From assembly GCA_048938105.1 (NCBI GenBank), contig JBHLMN010000006.1, positions 1 to 64,000 on the forward strand: a stretch of DNA of 64,000 bases, read 5' to 3'. A program made the position numbers and the translations under genes. Positions 60,084-64,000 of this stretch are shown piece after piece. Source of the stretch: Promethearchaeota archaeon. GTDB taxonomy: Archaea > Asgardarchaeota > Heimdallarchaeia > Hodarchaeales > Hodarchaeaceae. The notes under the pieces were generated by a model. That model searched no databases. It was not told the origin of the DNA and worked only from the letters and a program-made list of their open reading frames with translations. The number at the start of each line of letters is the position of its first letter. Position 1 is the first letter of the stretch.

Positions 60084-61211
60084 GTGCTAGAACCAAAAAA
60101 TAGAAGGCCGTGGTCAAAGATGATTCAACAAATACCACAGAATCAATTAATGGATTTTTGGCCTTATTTTAAAAAACATAAATTACGGAATCCACTAGCT
60201 CAAAGTTTAGTTTGGGGAAAAGTGGAAGGTTTTGTAGACAAACTAGAAAATCCAGATGTAATACTGTTTCTATGTGAACAATGGGCCTGTTATTTAGCGG
60301 GAAATAGCAAAGCTGAGAATTTAACCGAATTACTGATGAAAATTCCAGAAAAGGCAGTTATCCATGCACCTTCCCAAGAATGGGAAAAATGTCTTAAAAC
60401 TCAATGGACTTACTTCGGATATTTACCTCGTACTGAGCTCTCGGCAAAAAAGATATCATTACAAAGCATCAGACGATTATTAAGCTCGTCACCTGAAGGA
60501 TTCCAATTGAATATGGTTGATGTAGAAGTAGCAAAACAAATCTTGTGCCAGAAATTTTCAGACCATTTTGTAGGACTGATAAACTATTTTGGAAGTCCCG
60601 AGAAATTAGTCGAGGAAGGAATTGGATTTTGTTTGATTCATGAAAGTGAGAAAATAGCTTCCCTAGTAATGGGATTTAAAGCATCGCTACCGATTACTCA
60701 AAGCGTTGAATTAGACATCGCAACTCACCCAGATTACAGAGGTAGAGGTTTTGCAACATTAGTAAGTGCCAAACTGATTGAATATTTGTTAAAAAAGGGG
60801 ATTGAACCACATTGGGATGCTGCAAATCCATTATCTGTAGGATTAGCCCAAAAATTAGGGTTCACAGATCCTGACCCATATAGGTGCTATTATTGGCGAA
60901 AAAAACCATGGACCATTTCAGAACTACGAGAATCCTTTAATCCTCAATTTGAAAGAGGATTAGAAAATATAAACTTATTAAAGTCAGAGATAGAAAATAA
61001 ACAAGTTAAGAAAAGTAAAAGTTACCTTATATCATTGTTAAAGAAAACACGAGGGACTTTTGAGGAAACACTCAACACAATCAATCGTTTCCTTGAGACT
61101 GAAATAGTAGTAGAATCAGATATCCCTCAATTTAATGCCTATGTTGAAAAAATTGAACAACGACTTGATTCTCTTGAACTAATTGAGAATGAAATAATAA
61201 ATATAGAATAG
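60084..61211 (+). CDS. GNAT-family acetyltransferase with helical C-terminal extension
   Basis: ELDIATHPDYRGRGFA, PHWDAAN..S..LAQKLGF. True start may be ATG 60120. Confidence 0.88.
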   Translation: MLEPKNRRPWSKMIQQIPQNQLMDFWPYFKKHKLRNPLAQSLVWGKVEGFVDKLENPDVILFLCEQWACYLAGNSKAENLTELLMKIPEKAVIHAPSQEWEKCLKTQWTYFGYLPRTELSAKKISLQSIRRLLSSSPEGFQLNMVDVEVAKQILCQKFSDHFVGLINYFGSPEKLVEEGIGFCLIHESEKIASLVMGFKASLPITQSVELDIATHPDYRGRGFATLVSAKLIEYLLKKGIEPHWDAANPLSVGLAQKLGFTDPDPYRCYYWRKKPWTISELRESFNPQFERGLENINLLKSEIENKQVKKSKSYLISLLKKTRGTFEETLNTINRFLETEIVVESDIPQFNAYVEKIEQRLDSLELIENEIINIE

Positions 61212-61220
61212 CCCTTTTTT

Positions 61221-62252
61221 TCACTTTTGGAAAACGGTTAGTAATTCTTCACTTTTTTTTATTATTATTTGACAAAATCTTGCAACTGAATAACAATCAT
61301 CAATACAAGCCATCTCAATCGGGGTGTGATTATTTTTAGTAGCCGTGAGAACGGGAATAGTAGGAATACCAGCTCCAATCACTCGTACAGGCCCTGCATC
61401 GGTACCCCCGATATTCCAAACTTCTGTCTGAATTGCAATTTTGTTATTCTTGGCTAATTTCAACAAATAATCACGAACATGAGTTGATAATAGGGAAGAT
61501 CTATCTGATAAAGTAATCACTGGACCTTGGCCAATAGCTACTGGGTGTTCATCGTATGTTACGTCTAGAATGAGTGCCATATCTGGTTGAATCTTCTGGG
61601 CGGCCGTTTTAGCTCCGCGTGCACCTACCTCTTCTTCAACAGTTGCGACAAGAAAAACATCATCTAATGGTGGATTCTCTTTTAGATGTTTTGCTAAGAG
61701 AAGTAATTCGAAAATCCCCAGACGATTATCTAATCGGGGAGAACAGATTATTCTTTGGGAGGGATCACCAACAAAGAAAGGATTAATGGAAAAATGAACG
61801 GGATCTCCAGCCTGAATTCCCAATTCAGTTATCACTTTTGAAGAACGTGTTCCAATATCTATCTTAAAAGATTTTTTATTGTTATCTTCTTGTTCAGCAT
61901 ACATTAAACCATTGATATAGCCATTCTTGGTTGAAATGGCCACAGGTTGGAGGTGACAAGCTTGAATATCTTGATAACCAAAATTAAGACATTTTATTAA
62001 CCCATTTGCGACACTATGGACCAAAAATCCGCATGTATCTGAATGAGCCCCAACAAACCATTTAAGCCTTTGATGATGCTTTCCTTGTATTCTACAAATT
62101 ACTGATCCTAAATTATCTCTCGATATTTCGCCATATTTCGCTAATTCTGTCATTAAAAAATTCCTGATAGGTGTTTCAAACCCCGATTGTCCTGGGATCG
62201 TAAGGCAGTTTATCAAAGTCTCATTAATCTGATTAATCATCATAAACACCAA
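61221..62252 (-). CDS. M42-family (TET-like) aminopeptidase
   Basis: GQSGFE, AHSD, LDNR, EEVG, LDV, GGTDA, HTP. Confidence 0.9.
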   Translation of the reverse strand: MVFMMINQINETLINCLTIPGQSGFETPIRNFLMTELAKYGEISRDNLGSVICRIQGKHHQRLKWFVGAHSDTCGFLVHSVANGLIKCLNFGYQDIQACHLQPVAISTKNGYINGLMYAEQEDNNKKSFKIDIGTRSSKVITELGIQAGDPVHFSINPFFVGDPSQRIICSPRLDNRLGIFELLLLAKHLKENPPLDDVFLVATVEEEVGARGAKTAAQKIQPDMALILDVTYDEHPVAIGQGPVITLSDRSSLLSTHVRDYLLKLAKNNKIAIQTEVWNIGGTDAGPVRVIGAGIPTIPVLTATKNNHTPIEMACIDDCYSVARFCQIIIKKSEELLTVFQK

Positions 62253-62620
62253 TAATATTAATATAAACAGCTTTTGATAGATTTCTCCAAATTAATTAGG
62301 AACTTTTTGCAATAACAACTGGTAAGGAAATGAATTCTTTTATTACTGAAAATTAGCTCAGTGTGCTTATGTACACTATTACAGCGTTTGAAGCGTATTT
62401 TGAGCTTTATGGTGTCAAAAAAGCTCAGTTAGCCTAAAAGCTATAGAATTCTACCCGTATAATACATCTAGAAAGCTATATTATCCATGGAATAATATGA
62501 GGGTTGAATATCTGGTAAATCCTACTTTAGGTTCTTCTTTTACACAGAATTGTCCTTCACTAGTACATAATAAGGATATCTTCTTAACTTAGGGTAATGA
62601 TTTCCTTTGTAGGTGGAAAT

Positions 62621-63925
62621 ATGGTTCGTTTTTCAATCAATCAACTTGCAAAAAAGATGTCAATATGTATGATAATTGGAATAATATTCTTCTTTACTCC
62701 ATTTACAATAGCCAAATCTTATACTAACAGGATTCAATGCTTAGTCCAACAAGAACCTGAAGAAACTGTGGCTGGAACAACTGTAAACGTGACTCTAAGT
62801 GGCACTGAGACCATATATCATCGTGATACTGGAGTTGATAACGTAGAAGATATTGGTATCGGAATTCAAAGGTACTCGGCCATTGCGAAGCTGACAACTC
62901 ATGGAGATATATACTTTGAGATAATTGTTGAATTTTCGACTGATAATACTACAGATTGGCAGAGGAATTACACTCAATTTAAAAATTCACCAGAAATTAA
63001 ACATTTTAAAGATTTCAACGCCCTCCAAGATATTGTTCCAGTAAATATCTCACTGCTTGAGATTACTTCAAGCTCATTTTCGACGTGGGAAGAAACTGAT
63101 CATCCAGAATTTGGTTATCTTTTCGGAATCGAACAGAGAGTTGTTCTGAGACAAACTACAGTTTTTCTTTTAACTCTCCCGGAACCATTCCAATTTGATC
63201 TTAACAAACTTGAATTATCTCAACTGTCAGACTTCCATTTTCAATCGGAATATCACTACGACAAGGAAAATGATCAATATTTTATTTTTGAATCTGTTCG
63301 AATTAAAGCGCCTGGGTCGGTTCTAGAGTATATTCCAGCTGTCAAAGGATATTCTGGTATTATTTACTTAACTGGTTGGGAGTCAGAAAATGTACCAAGA
63401 TTTCAGCGCCAGTTTGCAGACGTAGCCCAGCACATTACCTTGCAGATAAAACTACCTGTTCAACAGGATATTGATTTCTCTTTTGATTCTAAGTACACAG
63501 AAAATCCTCATATAACAAAAAGTGGGAACATTGCGAGGTTTGAATTTCCTCCTGATGGAAAAATTCCTTATTACATCAAAATCAATTCCCAAATCCCCTT
63601 CCTTGAGCAGTTCGGCCTCACTGACTATGTGGGAATGGTATTTGGAGGATTGGCGGCCCTTGCAACAATATTAAAAGGAATCCCTTATTTTTGGAATCGA
63701 AGATCCTTCAATAAATATAAGAAAAGACTCCATGGCGCAGTTGAAGAAGAGGATATGGCAGAATTTAAAATGCTTCAGGAAAAAGCAGTAAATGGTTATA
63801 TCAGAGGAAAACTCTCAACTAATCAATTTGAGGAAATTCGTAAAGAAATTCAGATGTTAAAGAGGATTAAAGATACAACCTCAAAAGAAAAGGATAAATC
63901 ATTGGTAGAACTTCTAGGGGATTAA
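62621..63925 (+). CDS. Cell-surface protein: signal peptide, extracellular domain, TM helix, short cytoplasmic helical tail
   Basis: Hydrophobic N-terminus, TM near the C-terminus (YVGMVFGGLAALATIL), SHOCT-like GKLSTNQFEEI. ATG 62621 after AGGTGG. Confidence 0.7.
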   Translation: MVRFSINQLAKKMSICMIIGIIFFFTPFTIAKSYTNRIQCLVQQEPEETVAGTTVNVTLSGTETIYHRDTGVDNVEDIGIGIQRYSAIAKLTTHGDIYFEIIVEFSTDNTTDWQRNYTQFKNSPEIKHFKDFNALQDIVPVNISLLEITSSSFSTWEETDHPEFGYLFGIEQRVVLRQTTVFLLTLPEPFQFDLNKLELSQLSDFHFQSEYHYDKENDQYFIFESVRIKAPGSVLEYIPAVKGYSGIIYLTGWESENVPRFQRQFADVAQHITLQIKLPVQQDIDFSFDSKYTENPHITKSGNIARFEFPPDGKIPYYIKINSQIPFLEQFGLTDYVGMVFGGLAALATILKGIPYFWNRRSFNKYKKRLHGAVEEEDMAEFKMLQEKAVNGYIRGKLSTNQFEEIRKEIQMLKRIKDTTSKEKDKSLVELLGD

Positions 63926-64000
63926 TCATAAAATCCCCGAGCTTTTCCGTTATTATTCACGGAGGAGGAGGTGTTCCGACTGCTATTGCTTGAGGTATGT

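Noticed and set aside
62401-62498. Inverted repeats TGAGCTTT/AAAGCTCA and ATATTATCCATGGAATAATAT
   Set aside because: Short and AT-rich, plausible by chance, and not repeated elsewhere in the window.
1266-62977. Numerous short ORF-track entries overlapping longer genes (e.g. 1266-1559, 23200-23637, 31019-31438, 45978-46346, 54469-54828)
   Set aside because: Antisense or off-frame shadows of well-supported genes, with no recognisable motifs.
1-64000. CRISPR array, tRNA or rRNA genes
   Set aside because: No regularly spaced repeats, cloverleaf or GC-rich structural RNA segment seen by eye.
63930-64000. 3' end of a minus-strand gene (...IPQAIAVGTPPPP*) or a terminator hairpin
   Set aside because: Too little sequence at the window edge to choose a frame or function.

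Overview
AT-rich, gene-dense chromosomal segment that reads as an Asgard archaeon, most likely Heimdallarchaeia/Hodarchaeales. This is inferred from a Rab-like small-GTPase fold, a long TPR protein, a membrane LRR protein, a crenarchaeal-type SSB OB fold and GGTGA/GAGG ribosome-binding sites; no rRNA marker is present. Contents: (i) a dispersed set of apparently cytoplasmic glycan enzymes (GH43, two GH5, GH1, GH3, a GH161-type beta-1,3-glucan phosphorylase, a GH42-like enzyme) and an amino-sugar module (ROK kinase, SIS protein, NagA); (ii) a catabolic cluster of cyclase, orphan EutA, Xdh-family Mo enzyme, acyl-CoA dehydrogenase and FdrA / small FdrA-domain / DUF1116; (iii) mobile DNA: the 5' end of an IS607 transposase at the left edge and a TnpA-less IS200/IS605 element whose TnpB has a rearranged, Fanzor-like RuvC-II site; (iv) several decaying genes. 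The most unusual items are a GNAT-SSB(OB) fusion, an RHH-RHH-wHTH + ParA/MinD two-gene module, a Rab-like pseudo-GTPase with all G-boxes degenerate, and a TPR gene bracketed by a 36-bp duplicate of the dinB 3' end. No rRNA, tRNA or CRISPR array was seen. All family calls come from motif recognition by eye, not database searches.
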